Shown here in pieces: positions 14,535 through 14,606 of a stretch of DNA of 14,606 nucleotides. The stretch is from a virus. Lineage: Duplodnaviria > Heunggongvirae > Uroviricota > Caudoviricetes. Position 1 is the stretch's first letter. Each line of letters starts with the position of its first letter. A program made the position numbers and the translations under genes. Below the pieces are notes generated by a model. It was not told where the DNA came from and made no database searches. It saw nothing but the letters and a program-made list of their open reading frames with translations. The DNA lies in IMG/VR virus record IMGVR_UViG_2703718848_000009. One strand, given 5' to 3'.

Positions 14535-14576
14535 GACATTAGAATGGTGCCGATAATAGGAGTCGAACCTACGACC
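14535..14576 (-). other. 3' 42 nt of a tRNA-Thr(CGU) gene (T-arm, acceptor 3' strand, CCA); attachment-site core, not an intact tRNA in this window
   Basis: Reverse complement reads TAATGCGAAGGTCGTAGGTTCGACTCCTATTATCGGCACCA, matching from memory the 3' part of enterobacterial thrW from the anticodon loop onward. The sequence 5' of this (14577-14606) cannot form an anticodon stem or D-arm. Confidence 0.6.
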
Positions 14577-14606
14577 TTCGCATTACCGAAACTCGCGTAA
14601 CCACAT

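Noticed and set aside
14535-14606. Intact tRNA gene at the right edge
   Set aside because: Only the 3' 42 nt match a tRNA-Thr. The preceding sequence cannot form an anticodon stem or D-arm, so I call it an att-core fragment rather than a tRNA gene.

Overview
The window is essentially one ~14.5 kb integrative element of the P4-like satellite / phage-inducible chromosomal island (PICI) type, inserted at a tRNA-Thr 3' end. Almost every gene is on the minus strand. From the right edge leftwards: a 42-nt tRNA-Thr 3' fragment (att core, 14535-14576), a P4-type tyrosine integrase, an AT-richer coiled-coil protein, alpA, an antirepressor-like protein, a tightly overlapping operon of small ORFs ending in a P4-family primase/NTPase, a CTGTCTACC iteron array (candidate origin), a ProQ/FinO-domain protein, a PerC-family regulator, a lipoprotein, a small membrane protein, a small regulator pair, an excisionase-type HTH protein, a TTGACAC repeat array, and finally a strongly AT-rich two-gene operon (350-1957) next to a degenerate second copy of the att core (76-104). 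That terminal operon, a 275-aa cytoplasmic protein translationally coupled to a 259-aa protein with two N-terminal transmembrane helices, sits where such satellites typically carry anti-phage cargo and is the best candidate for an undescribed defence / abortive-infection system. All calls rest on reading the ORF translations and the raw sequence; no database search was possible, so family assignments are from recalled motifs and should be confirmed. Three N-runs (2244-2245, 6595-6614, 11584-11585) mark unresolved bases.
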